Source: Chiloscyllium plagiosum (taxonomy: Eukaryota). From it: DNA of 64,000 nt. The stretch is taken from contig NC_057719.1 in assembly GCF_004010195.1 (NCBI RefSeq), forward strand, positions 85,712,387-85,776,386. Direction: 5' to 3'. This document shows positions 39,326 through 52,277 of the stretch, piece by piece. The first letter of the stretch is position 1. Each line of letters starts with the position of its first letter. The notes under the pieces are model-generated. The model was not told where the DNA came from. It was given only the letters and a program-made list of their open reading frames with translations, and did no database searches. A program made the position numbers and the translations under genes.

Positions 39326-39488
39326 TCACTGTAGAATAAATTAATTGAGAAGATGATGAAAATGGTTACAGTAACTGTTAGTGAGAGGTAGGGTGGAGAG
39401 TGTTGGGAATGTGAATATAGACATTTCCCTGTAGACATTAATGAAGCTGGGAATGGGAGTCTTGCTTACCTATCAAACACATGCATTT

Positions 39489-39978
39489 CGAGCAGCTCCA
39501 TGATGCAGGACTCTGTGCTCTACAATCTGTTCCCCAGGAAGCACGCCGAGACAAACATCAACTGCATCTAGAGGACCATCAATTTGGTGAAAGATGCTCT
39601 TTGGTCTGCCCGAAACTTATGGTCTTCCAGAACTAGGAGCCCGATCGAGTGTTGCAGACTGGCACATTCCAAAGGTCCAGGACTACGTGCTGAGGAACAC
39701 ACTAAAGCTTGGGGCAGCTGCTGTCAAGGCACAGTGGGGAAAGACCACTGTCTGAGGTCTTCCTGCTAAAGATAAATGGGGGTCCATTCAGTTATCTGAC
39801 CTCCCAGTGTCTCAAATACATGTAAATTTTAATATTATATGTATAAGAGAGGCCTTTAGATTTTTGGATCGAGTCAAAGTCCAGTGTTTTGTTTGCTTAC
39901 TTGCCACTGTAGAATACTGAACTACATCTGTGACAACGTATTCTTTTATAAATAAAGCATATTTTTGAAATAAAAAAA
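39489..39978 (+). mobile_element. Tx1/L1-like LINE 3' end (second family)
   Basis: QDSVLYNLFP...VKDALWSARNL...ECCRLAHSK/VQDYVLR..LKLGAAAVKAQWGKTTV*; AATAAA and A-run. Confidence 0.75.
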
Positions 39979-39994
39979 TCAAACTTGTGCGAGA

Positions 39995-40472
39995 TATTAT
40001 CAAGCTGGAGAGGGTTCAGAAAAGATTTACCAGGATGTTGCCAGGTATGGAAGATTTGAGATATAAAGAGAGACTGGATAGGCTGGGACTTTTTTGACTG
40101 GAGCATAGAAGGTTGAGAAGTGACCTGACAGAAGTTTATAAAATCATGAGGGGTGTAGATAGAATTGATGGTAGTTGTCTTTTCCCTAGGCTGGAGAATT
40201 TCAAGACTAGGGGACACATCTTCAGGTGAGAGGAGAGAGATTTAGAAAAGATGCGAGGCAAATATTTTACACAGAGGGTGGTTCCTGAGGAAGTGGTGGA
40301 TGTGGGTACAATTACAACATTTAAAAGACATTTGGATGGATACATAAATAGGAAAAGTTTGGAGAGGTCTGGGTAAGGAGCAGGCAGGTGGGACTAGTTT
40401 AGTTTGGGATTATGTTTGGCATGGACTGGCTGGACTGACAGTCTTCCATGCTATAAGACTCTATGACTCTAT
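39995..40472 (+). mobile_element. CR1 3' end
   Basis: KLERVQKRFTRMLPGMEDLRYKERLDRLGLF...KTRGH; (GACTCTAT)n tail. Confidence 0.9.
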
Positions 40473-41906
40473 TTCCCAGTGGATTAAGAGCAGCATAACG
40501 ATCAAATAGGCACCATTAGCATTGCTAGGTTAAAGGACAGGAATGAGCACAGTGAAGAGGAGGCCAGTGTTGAGAGGTTAGGGAAACTGCTGAGTTAGTT
40601 ATAGCTTTACAGTGAATATGTAAGGCTATAAGATTTGAAAACTGGAAGGATATAGTGATGGTGCTGGGTGGAGTGGATGTTGGAATGGGAAGAGCTGCTG
40701 TCTCATCAATATCAATGAATATGGACAGAGAGGATGCACAACTAAGTTATGGAATTAGTAGCAGAGTTGTGGCTGAGCTGCTATTTAGTGGAAGGAAAAG
40801 TCAGAAACAATCTGACCTAATGGTGACAAAGGTGTGTATGAAGATAGGAAAGGAAGCAAGTTATGCTCTGCCTGATGCAATGAAGTAATCCTTCTGGAGG
40901 AGGTGAGCAAGGCTCAGCTTGTGAATGTGGTGTATCATCTAGCTTAGCCTAGGCCAGTGTCCAGGAGGAGATGTGCTACTCTTCAGTTCAAAGTATAGGT
41001 GCATGTGATTATGCACAATAGCCTGTGTGCAACAGTACAGGTTGTTTAGAATAGAAAAATAGTAAAATGGCAGGACTATCCTCTGAGGAGAACTTGGTTT
41101 GACTGTGCTTTTATTTACTAGGATGAGAGGTGTTCTGAATTCAGTAAGACACACATTGTATTGATAATGGATCAAAATGATGAAGCGTTTAGTCTTCCTG
41201 ATGTTTAGGTAGAGCGAGCTAAGATTTATGTTTAACTCACTGCCACATCTCTTTCAGGCAAGTTAAGATTGTTTGTTTCATAATAGTTCCCTCGGATGGA
41301 GAGATGATGTTTCAAGTGGAGATTCATTTAGTGTCACAAGAACTTTGAGGATCATGGATTCAATTTTTGGGTCTGAACCAAATTGCATTATCTCAAACCT
41401 AGTCACAACAGGGATTTTACATTTCTTCTAAGCACCACATGGTTGATGAAAGGTAAATCAGTCAAGCCTCCCATTGTTAAATCAGTAACTAATTCAGGAA
41501 TATTAACAAAGCAGGGGGTTAATCTCAATATTGGCTTGGCCATTTATGCAGGAAATCACAAAATATTTTTGAAAATGGATATAGATTCAATTAAACTTCT
41601 CAATTCTGAGTTCATTGAATCTTATTAAGGCATTCTATCAAGAGATATGGAGAAAGTTGGTGGAAATGAAATTAAGGAATTGGACCAGCTACAATCTAAT
41701 AGAACAGAGGAACATAATTGAGTGCTGAATAGGCTATTCCTCTTCCCATTTCTTTTCAATATGGTCAATGCGGATAAGTGTAAGTTAGTTGAAGTATATT
41801 GCAATCCCCTACAGACATTTGATTATAACAAGTACGGAAGAGTCGAATGAGGATCATTTCTTCTTGCCTATACAATGGAATTGGCATCCAAGGCCAAGTG
41901 ACTTAC

Positions 41907-42201
41907 AGCATCCCAGACAGAGGCGGAGAATCCCAAATCGCCACCAAAAAATCGAGCGATGTTCAAAATGTGTCCGCAGAATTGGAACTGCTTCTCAGAG
42001 ATGAAAGGCTGCGGAAAGAGCCATTCAATTGTTTGGGCAGTGCGGCCAGTATTTTCCTGGCACTGGAGTTTCACCATCCTCTTGAACCTTTCCTTGAAAC
42101 TTTCCCGGTTGCTGGTGGCTGTTTTCTCATCGTTTGGGAGATTCTGGCCTGAAGCATGGCTCTGACTCGGATCAGTGGGAGCTTGACTTGAGTGAGCCTG
42201 T
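41907..42201 (-). CDS. EEF1AKMT3: EEF1AKMT3-like exon (295 nt); strong-Kozak ATG at 42077 gives 231 aa, but the frame is open back to the acceptor
   Basis: tttcttctttttcaatcAG|A QAHSSQAP...RFKR MVKL...FQFCGHILNIARFFGGDLGFSASVWDA|GTAAGT; F.FCGH.L.I...G....VWDA is the family N-terminal motif. Confidence 0.9.
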
Positions 42202-43914
42202 CTGATTGAAAAAGAAGAAACTGTAGTCTGGAAGAGTCGTAAACCACGGGAGTGTTAGAAAATTAATAGACATGGTGAACCCAAGTTCTTAATCAAGCCT
42301 GCCCCACTTTCATGATGTCAAGGAAGCAGCAAGGATAATCTGATCTGACCACAGCTTTCAATGTTTCCAACATCACTTCTCCACTCCTGACCACTGCCAT
42401 AACTTCCCTCCATAGTGGAGTAGAAAAGTAAAAAAAAGGAAAAATCAGGCTGAATAACAAATAAATACGCCGAAAAATTCCTCTCTTATACCTGTCTGTC
42501 ACCACCCACAGATCAAAATCAATCCAAGAGATCACTTAGAATACATGCTATCCAGAAAGACAATTTCAGTCACTTTCAATATGAAAGCATCCCTGCACTA
42601 ATTAAGAATGAGTCCATTTCTGTCTTAAAAGTATATAGGCCATCAGCACTCACTACAGACATCTCCCATCCATTCCAGAGGATTGCCATTCACTAGGAGT
42701 GGAAAAAGGAATAACTAACCACTCAGTATATCCCTACTCTTAAATAGCTCTAATTCATTTCCACTGACCACTGAACTGAAATAATCTATTAATAGGAATG
42801 GTATCCAGTTAGTGATTTTATAGGCCTTCACCAGGACAGATAGTTCCACTGTAAATCAAATCAAGGTCAATGGACCAATATAGTGAGCTAGGTTTCTTCA
42901 TATTGGTAACAAGCTTTCCTCAGATCTTCTCCAAAACCACTATCTCACCAAAACTGACCAAATCAAAGAAAAAATGGTGCTACTTTGATTTGTTTGGCAA
43001 AATTCAATTACTAGAACACAATATTTAACTATAACTTTCCTACTTTGATCATGAATCTCTTGTGATCTATGCACAATAACACCAAAATATCTTCTCCCTT
43101 TCAGTAATTTTCCCTGAAAGTGATGCATGTTTTCTATTTTGACCCCACTAACAGTCCCAGCATTAGGTTTATGTAATTTAAATGTCATTTGCAAATGTGT
43201 GGTCCACTGCTGAAACACAACTAATTTTTTTTCTTTGCATTGATTGTACTCCCCTACTGTCTTAACCTTTGCACAGTGTCTAGTTTACTTCTTTGTTTTA
43301 AAAAAGTCAGTAGAACACTAAAGTCAAGACCCACTATGTCATGTACATCAAGCTTAATTAACATGGATCATCAATGCGACATTTGGAAAAAAACTTGAGA
43401 ATTTGCTAGCAGCCTTTCAGTTCAATAAAGTGATTGTCAAATGTGAAGTGTCCACAATTTTCCCAGTAGAACTTAAAAGTTTGTGAGAAATTATACAGTT
43501 TGTAAAAAAGAACAATCACATTTTGAAATTAGACATAACTCATTTCTCAGTAAATATGTTAAATTTTATATTAGACAGCTTAAAAGACTTATTTATTGTT
43601 TTAAAGACACATTTTGTTGAAGCTTTTCATTTTATACTTATTGCTGATTGGTTTTCAAATGGTTTATAATTAGTAGAGATGTTGCAATGGAGAATGCACC
43701 AGTTAATGATGACTGCCAATTAAGTCTCAAGCTTTCTTTAAGTATTAGTTTAAATTTTATACCAGTTAGGTTCTTTGTAATTGGTCAAGGCATTGTCACT
43801 TGCCACAGAGTTAACTTGTCAACCAATCAGCACTCATGTCTCATGCAATATATTGTTTTCCTTTTACTATGGTATTTATTGCAAATTGTTTTTGAGTACC
43901 AGATAAAAAGCTTT

Positions 43915-44282
43915 GATCCTGCCCAAACTGGCCATAAACAGGTCCAGGTAGCGGGCCGTGGAGGGGGTGGTTATGGCCAATTGCCTGCCCTCTGCTGAGG
44001 CGACGTCTGAACCTGGGTATCCCTGGATAAGGAGCACACGATGTCTACCAACTCCCTTGAGCTGTTCAGGGAGAGTGGACACTGCGGTGAGTGGAGTGTT
44101 TTATTTTGCCCTCCAACTCTATTTTGATTTAATCTCCACCCTTCCCTTCACTTTTTTGATGGCACAGCATTGCCTTTTGATGAGAAGGGCACTGCTTGTC
44201 ACTGGCCACCCTGGTGTTTCCTTTCTTCCTGGTGGTGGAAATCAAATAAAGATTTGTACACTTGTTGTCAAAAAAAAGAAAA
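43915..44282 (+). mobile_element. 5'-truncated Tx1/L1-like LINE with poly(A) and 10-bp TSD
   Basis: KLAINRSR*RAVEGVVMANCLP...LELFRE...VECFILPSNSILI*; AATAAA then A-run; AAAAAGCTTT at 43905-43914 and 44283-44292. Confidence 0.85.
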
Positions 44283-44619
44283 AAAAAGCTTTAATAAAAT
44301 GTGCCTTTTATCAGCAAGTCTTAAACTTTGTCCAACCAAACGATTGAAGTTCTATTGGTAGTTCTGGCCTGCTGTACCTTTATCTGAAAATAAAACAGAT
44401 TATCAGGTATACATTGAGAAGAATGGTAATATGAGTGCTAAAACTTCTATGTAGGTCACATAACCTCATCAGTTTTTGAACTGTCACTCTTTGCCTGCAT
44501 TCATTCAGCAAATACAATAAGAAGTGATCAGGTTTCTTCATTGTTAGAACTGATTGATGAAGTGATATATTTCAATTTGTGGAGCAGGCTCAAAATCAGG
44601 CTGTCGCTAAGGCCTACAT

Positions 44620-45380
44620 CTTATAAGAGAGATCAGAGACAGAAGCCAACTGAGGCGCAGAGGGGAAAATGAAAGGGTCCAAAGGTTGCCATGAACGATT
44701 AGAAGCAATGAGGCAACCACACAAGGAGGGTCAGAGATATAAAAATATGAATGAAAAGCTCTTTGAGGGAAATCAAAAGTCAGACTGAGGGACTGGAGCA
44801 TTGAATGGATAATGCATAGGCTCAAAAGAGGAATCAGTGAACATAAAGGAAACAGAAACATTCATAAACAGAACTGACAGGAACAAGAGGAGAAACAGAC
44901 TGAAAAACAAGAATCAGAAACAGAAAAGGGGGAAAACAAACAAACAAATATACTGAAAAATAGAACAAATGAAATATTCAGAGGCAGAGCACGAAATTTC
45001 AAAGAAACAAGAGGAGACTCAGAGAGTTTAGGTGGAGTATCAAAGGTGGAAGAAACAGAGGTCTGAGGATTCAGGCCAGAGGCAGAGAAAGGAGTTTGAA
45101 GTGGTAAAAGGAGAAAGAGAGGCAAAAAGAGTCAAACAGAAGCATTGATGGAGGAAGCAAATCAAAGAATTGACGACAGGAAAACTGGGAGCAGAAACAG
45201 CAAAGCAGTCATCAGTGATTAGAACAGAAATTCAGAGGCACTAAGAGGACAAATGTAAGGTCCAAACAAGAGAATCTGAGACTGCAAAATTAGGTTTTTG
45301 AATCAACTAATAAGGAAACAGAGTCAGCAAATCCAGAACAGAAACTCAAATGGGAGAATCAGACAAACAATGGAAAACGG
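44620..45380. repeat. Purine-rich (A/G on + strand) low-complexity tract
   Basis: Recurrent AGAAACAGA/CAGAGG words, few pyrimidine runs. Confidence 0.65.
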
Positions 45381-46720
45381 TGGGGGGAGTGGTTTAAAAT
45401 TAATCAGATGCTATGAAAGGAGTAGGAGAGGTTTTAATTTACTTGGAATTCATTCATTTTCATCAAATTAATCTTTGGGCCCAGAGTTGACAAGCAGAAT
45501 TGGGGAAATCAAATGGACAATAGATAACTAAATGGGTGGCAATGGTATAAAGGTGGTTTTGGCAATCCACGCTTTTAAATTTTGGGGACATGGGTTTGAA
45601 TCCCATCATGCAGAGAGTGAAATTTGAATTGAATACAACATAGTCTGGTGGTGGCTGTGTAAACACCCACCTGCAATTAAACTCGGTATTTGCAATTCTC
45701 CTGAATTATTTTAATCTAGAATATCTGTATCCATAAAATTTCTGAAGGTTTACACTTTGGAATCATTCTTATTGAGTGTGAAAATCCTCCAGTGCCTCAA
45801 GTGTGTGGCATCAAGGTCTAATGCAGAAAACATTCTTCCAACCAAACATTTGTACAGGGTATTGCCAAAATCATCAACAACCCATAACTCCAATGCCTCG
45901 CAAACAACTCTATGCCTCACACTGTCAAATATCTAAGTCTAACTATCTATAACTTATATATCTAAGAAATGACTGATCACGATGTTGGTGTCATCTTTGG
46001 TTCCGAGGTAGCTTCCAAGCATATACCAATGCTATCACTACATCTGCCTATGTAACATTGTCCAACTTCCCGAGGCCTCGACTCATCAGGTGCTGAAACC
46101 CTCACCTATGTATTTGTTATCAAAATCTTGAGTATTATCTTCTAGGCGGCAAGGTTCTACCATCCATCAATTGATATAATTCATGATTCCCCTGACCATG
46201 CCCCTATTTGACATGAAGACCACTTCATCCTTTATGCCTGTGGTCGCCAGTGGCAACTGATTAAACAAATGTAAATGTTTCTCCTTACTTTCATCCATTT
46301 CTACTGAATCACCCTTCCCCACCTCTGTAATCTTCCTAGACCCTTCAATTTTCAGAGATGCCTGCACTCCTCCCATTCTGTCCTCTTCAGCACACCCAAT
46401 TTTAATCTCTCCACTATTGGTGATCATGTTTTCAACTGTCTGGGCCACCATAAACCTTTTCAGTTTGAACTCATTTAAGAAACTCCTCATTGAAGAAAAA
46501 TTTATCCATCGTTCCTAGTGCCTGTTATGTTGTTTAAGAATGTTTGAGAATTGTTTTATAATAACCATGGGAACATAAGGAATATTTTGTTACATCAAAT
46601 ATACTACACTTTGAAATTTATCTCTTGGATTCTGGGTGTCCCTTTGGATCCTTCAAGTCCTATTTTGGATTTTTGCTTCTTTTTGCTTTAGCTGTTTCTG
46701 ATTCTTCCTCTTGTCACTGT

Positions 46721-47766
46721 TAGAACATAGAACAATACAGCACAGAACAGGCCCTTCGGCCCACGATGTTGTGCCGAACATTTGTCCTAGCTTAAGCACC
46801 CATCCATGTACCTATCCAATTGCCGCTTAAAGGTCACTAAAGATTCTGACTCTACCACTCCCACAGGCAGCTCATTCCATGCCCCCACCACTCTCTGGGT
46901 AAAGAACCCACCCCTGACATCTCCTCTATACCTTCCATCCTTCACCTTAAATTTATGTCCCCTTGTAACACTCTGTTGTACCCGGGGAAAAAGTTTCTGA
47001 CTGTCTACTCTATCTATTCCTCTGATCATCTTATAAACCTCGATCAAGTCACCCCTCATCCTTCGCCGTTCCAACGAGAAAAGGCCGAGAACTCTCAACC
47101 GATCCTCGTACGACTTCCTCTCCATTCCAGGCAACATCCTGGTAAATCTTCTCTGCAACCTCTCCAAAGCTCCCACATCTTTCCTAAAGTGAGGCGACCA
47201 GAACTGCACACAGTACTCCAACTGTGGCCTAACCAAAGTCCTGTACAGCTGCAACATCACTTCACGACTCTTGAATTCAATCCCTCTGCTAATGAACGAT
47301 AATACTCCATAGGCCTTCTTACAAACTCTATCCACCTGAGTGGCAACCTTCAAAGATCTATGTACATAGACCCCAAGATCCCTCTGTTCCTCCACCTGAC
47401 TAAGAACCCTACCATTAACCCTGTATTCCGCATTCTTATTTGTTCTTCCAAAATGGACAACCTCACACTTGGCAGGGTTGAACTCCATCTGCCACTCCTC
47501 AGCCCAACTCTGCATCATATCTAAGTCCCTCTGCAGCCAACAACAGCCCTCCTCACTGTCCACAACTCCACCTATCTTCGTATCATCTGCAAATTTACTG
47601 ACCCACCCTTCGACTCCCTCATCTAAGTCATTAATAAAAATTACAAACAGCAGAGGACCCAGAACTGATCCCTGCGGAACTCCACTTGTAACTGGGCTCC
47701 AGGCTGAATATCTGCCATCTACCACCACTCTCTGCCTTCGACCGGTTAGCCAGTTTTCTATCCAAT
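46721..47766 (-). mobile_element. Young CR1 LINE 3' ~1 kb with uninterrupted RT C-half
   Basis: Stop-free WIENWLTGRRQRVVVDG...GVPQGSVLGPLLFVIFINDL...KFADD...RQLDRYMDGCLS*; (TTCTATG)-type tail. Confidence 0.95.
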
Positions 47767-47912
47767 CTCTCCTTCCTAACATCAAGCCAATTGAGTACCC
47801 AGTTTGCATGGTCCCCCTGCATTCAATGTGATCGAATCTTCCAGAGCAGCCTATCATGTCGAACCTAATCAAAGGCCTTACTGAAATTTATACAGAGTAC
47901 GTCTACTGCTCT
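47767..47912 (-). mobile_element. Older CR1 RT fragment abutting the young copy at the homologous position
   Basis: AVDVLCINFSKAFD*VRHDRLLWKIRSH*MQGDHANWVLNWL. Confidence 0.75.
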
Positions 47913-48552
47913 CTATGTCTACTGATTCAAGAATCTATGCAAAGCCAAGTGCCTACAATTATGTATCCTTGCCGAGAGAGTTTTTGGGGCAATATCTACA
48001 GATTTGATCTCCTTTGCAAGGAATAATCTCCTTATCACAAACACAGATGTTTGTACAATGAAATGAGAGGGAGGAAACTGAGTGTTTAATCTGTAGAGCT
48101 ATGAGAGAATAGAAATGGTTGCACTGAAACTTGATGCTTGGTTGCGATCACTTATTTCCAGAAGAGACATTGATAGGGTGAGAAATTCCATATTTTACCC
48201 AGGTTTGATTGGTTTGATTTATTGTCATGTGTACATCAGTACAGGGAAACACTTTATTTATGAGTAATGGAGGCAAATCATAATAAGCGTGGCCAGACAG
48301 ATCATAGGGTGAAAATAGACTTGTACAGAGTAAGGCATACAGGTCACTCTGCACAGGACGTGCACTAGACAAGATCAACATGAACAAGATCAGCATTATG
48401 TGAACTTAGAGAGTCCATTCATCAGTCTAATATGGCTTTCCTAATTGTTCCTAAGCCGTAATTAACTCTCCCCACATTAATAAGCAGTCAGTGTGTGAGC
48501 CTGCACTGAATGTCATATTGTTCACAATCCCCAACAGCAGCCACAATACCTT

Positions 48553-49228
48553 CCAATTTCCTCTCTTGCTTCCCACATAATCCTAGGATATATCCCGTCA
48601 GGCCCAGGGGTCTTGTCTATCCTCAAGTTGTTCAAAATGTCCAACACCTCTTCCTTCCTAACAAGTATCTCCTCTAGCTTACCAGTCCGTTTCACACTCT
48701 CCTCTTCAACAATGCGGTCCCTCTCGTTCGTAAATACTGAAGAAAAGTACTCATTCAAGACCTCTCCTATCTCTTCCGACTCAATGCACAGTTTCCCACT
48801 ACTGTCCTTGATTGGACCTACCCTAGTTCTCGTCATTCTCATGTTTCTCACATACGCATAAAATGCCTTTGGGTTATCCTTGATCCTATCTGCCAAAGAT
48901 TTTTCATGCCCTCTCTTAGCTCTACTAATCCCTTTCTTCAGGTCCCTTTTGGCTATCCTGTATCCCTCCACTGCTCTGTCTGAACCCTGTTTCCTCAACC
49001 TTATGTAAGCCTCCTTCTTCCTCTTTACAAGACATTGAACCTCCCTCATCAACCAAGGTTCCCTCACACAACCATTTCTTTCCTGCCTGACAGGTACATA
49101 CATATCTAGGACATGTCGTATCTGTTCCTTGAAAAAGTTCCACATTTCCACGACATCCTTCCCTGACAGCCTATGCTCCCAACTTATGCTCCTCAGATCC
49201 TGTCTCACAGCATCATAATTACCCTTCA
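48553..49228 (-). mobile_element. Internal CR1 ORF2 fragment (linker between endonuclease and RT), stop-free, no 3' tail
   Basis: KGNYDAVRQDL...EPWL...IKDNPKAFYAYV...LNEYFSSVFT...KTPGPDGIYPRIMWEAREEI. Confidence 0.92.
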
Positions 49229-49417
49229 GTTGTATACCTGTACAACTTGGACTGCAGCAATTCAAAAAGGCAGCTTCTCAAGGGCAACTAGGGACAAGCA
49301 ATAAATAGTGTCCAGCCAGCAGCACCCACATCCCATGAGTGAATTTAAAAAATGGATGTGACTAAATGATGCTCAAGTGACTATTTTACATAGCAGGAGA
49401 CATTATTCGGCTGCAGA

Positions 49418-49865
49418 GACATTGCCAGGAATGGAGGGTTTGTATTATAAGGAGAAGCTAGATAGGCTAGGACTTTTCTCACCAGAGGGTAGAATGTTAA
49501 GAGGTGGCCTTACAGTGTTTTATGAAATTATGAGGAGTATAGATAAAGTGAATGCCAAGTGTCTTTTCTCTAGGGTGGGGGATTTCAAGACCAGGTAGCA
49601 TGTTTTTACGGTGAGAGGAGAAATATTTTTTAAAAGACACGAGGGCCAATTTTTCTTTTATACAGAGAGTGGTTCATGTGTGGAATGAACGTTCAGAGGA
49701 AGTGATAGATGTGGGTACAGTTCGTGTTTAAAACACATTGAGGTAAGTACATGAACAAGAAAGATTTCAATGGATATTGGTCAAGTGCAGGCTAGTGGTA
49801 CTAGTTTTGTTTGGGTTTATGTTCAGCATGGACTGATGTGTCTGTTTCCATGCTGTATAACTGTA
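49418..49865 (+). mobile_element. CR1 3' end
   Basis: LPGMEGLYYKEKLDRLGLFS...FKTR; FTQRVVHVWNE-like segment. Confidence 0.85.
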
Positions 49866-49991
49866 TATTCTTATGATGGAATGACAGCCAGGAAGTCTCA
49901 TGGGTCAACTCCTTTGATCTATTGAAGTTGATCTCAAGCAATGATTTTACATTTGGAATGATGGAAATATGCCTTTTGTAATTAATGAAGA

Positions 49992-50427
49992 CATAGAGTC
50001 ATAGAGATGTGCAGCATGGAAACAGACCCTTCAATCCAACCTGTCCATGCCGACCAGATAGCGTAACTCAATCTAGTCCCACCTACCAGCACGCGGCCCA
50101 TATCTCTCCAAACCCTTCCTATTCATATACCCATCCAAATGCCTCTTAAATGTTGCAATTGTACCAGCCTCCACCACTTCCTCTGGCAGCTCATTCTATA
50201 CACGTACCACCCTCTGTGTGAAAAAGTTGCCCCTTAGGTCTCTTTTATATCTTTCCCCTCTCACCCTAAACCTATGTCCTCTAGTTCTGGACTCCCCAAA
50301 CATAGGGAAAAGACTTTGTCTATTTATCCTATCCATGCCCCTCATAATTTTGTAAACCTCTAAGGTTACCCCTCAGCCTCCAACGCAACAGGGAAAACAG
50401 CCCCAGCCTGTTCAGCCTTTCCCTATA
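49992..50427 (-). mobile_element. CR1 3' end
   Basis: RLNRLGLFSL...SRTRGHRFRVRGERYKRDLRGNFFTQRVVRV; (GACTCTAT)n tail. Confidence 0.9.
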
Positions 50428-50833
50428 ATCACTATTCATTTAAGCCTCAACATTTATTTTTGTTAAGCCACTTAATAGTTTATTAACTGATGACCTCTGT
50501 CCTGTGGATTTCCCATTCTGTTCAATGAGGGAAGTCAAACACACTGCTCAAGTCGTGGCAGTTGCTTGCCCAGATTGTGTCATTAGTTGCAGCAACTTGA
50601 ATTCTGAGGTTTGAAGCTTCATAAGCATCTGTTCTCCCTATGGTGCATCTATGAGATTGCAGGATTCATTGCCAACATGTTTATAGATGCAACCACTCTG
50701 CAGCAAAAGGGTATGTTGGTAGACAAGGAATGGGGGACCAAAATTGAGTCAAGGAGGACCAGGCAAGTATTCTGATTTAAATCCTGGTGACATTAATTCT
50801 TCCTCTGTGAAACACAACTAGAGTCACCATAAT

Positions 50834-50962
50834 TCCTGATGAAAGGCTTTCGCCCAAAACGTCGATTTCCCTGCTCCTCGGATGCTGCCTGACATGCTGT
50901 GCTTTTCCAGCACCATTCTAATCTTGACTCTAATCTCCAGCATCTGAAGTACTCACTTCTGC
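50834..50962 (+). mobile_element. Penelope-derived mini-element (129 bp) with perfect 16-bp TSD
   Basis: CTAGAGTCACCATAAT at 50818-50833 and 50963-50978; begins TCCTGATGAAAGGCTTTCGCCCAAAACGTC (hammerhead motif with G12 changed to A). Confidence 0.92.
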
Positions 50963-52277
50963 CTAGAGTCACCATAATGGTTGGCCCACCAACTGAAGGC
51001 AGATTAGGAAAATGGCGCAATATGGAATACTTCAACTAAGAAAAGAAATAAGCATTTCTGTGGCTGCAGATGTGAATCCTGGACAGCATTATCCTGCCCA
51101 CAGTCAAAGAAACAACTTCAGAGCAATCTGAGGAAGGGGAAAGTGGTAATGAACCATTGATCATGGTGCAAGTTGAAATCAGAAAAATGGCAGACCAAAC
51201 TTTAGCAATGACCTGCATTTAAAAGAGGAGAGTATTTTTATATACCTGAGCTATATTTTCACAATGGGCAAAGATAGTACCAAAAGATGAAAAAAAAGAC
51301 TAGAAAAGTAAGATGAAGCAATAAATGAGTGCATATGATTGCTGTCACGTATTAAAACTGAGAATGCGGACATCGCTGACTAATCCAACATCTGTTGCCC
51401 ATCTCTAACTGCCCTGTAGAAGGTGGCGGAGAGCTGTGTTCTTGAACCATTGCAATTCATCTGGTGTGGGCATATCCATCATGCTGGGATGGGGCAGGCA
51501 AGATCACGGCAGGCTGAATGGCTTCCTTCTATGCTGTCACCATTTCTATAATTCTTTGTCCGCGTTAAGTGGAAAGAATCATTTGCTGCAGATCACATGT
51601 GTTTTCTGTGCAATCGAAGAGATGGTGGGACTAACACGCAGTGTGACCTGAGTCATCTCCACACACAGTAGCCCTCAGACTGCCGATGAGAGTGGTCATC
51701 AATGAAGTGCCAAGGCTAGTCCCCAGTTATCCCAATGGAGAAAATCCCTTGAGCGAGTATCTAACCAATTCCGAGTCACAGTACTCAGCTGTGAAGGAAC
51801 TAAACTGAAATATCATCCCACTAAAGAAATCAGACATCGAAGTGTGACATTATTTTGTTTGCTCCATCAATAGCTTCCATTCCACTCTGGTTGATATCTT
51901 CATATCAATGATTATAGACATATTTGCCTCCTTTCCATGGCACTGTAACCCCTTATTACACAGAAATCCTCTTACCACATAAGATGATGGGGGAGATGGG
52001 GCGCATGGGGAGATGGTATTGCTAAGCTTTCCTGTTGTGCTCTAGTCCCACTCTTCTTTAGTATCCATCAGTCGACTTCTCGCCAGATTTAGGTTGCGCT
52101 GTTAATCCTTAAAATGACTAGAAAATGTGTGTGCTTTTTTTTTCCAATTGAAAGCTAGCCCCAAGAAATTGGGAGGGATGAATGGCATTGAACAGGTAAC
52201 AGAGGTTTTAAAGGGCTATGGAGGTGGGGCTGGAGAGTGGGACTAGCCGGGTAGCTCTTTCTGGAACCGGTACAATT

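Noticed and set aside
46787..47872. 361-aa ORF as a host gene or active retrotransposon
   Set aside because: It is a 5'-truncated CR1 RT half; the N-terminal residues come from an out-of-frame older fragment.
51036..51218. Possible extra exon (minus-strand acceptor-like site near 51212)
   Set aside because: No recognisable homology and no convincing donor site.
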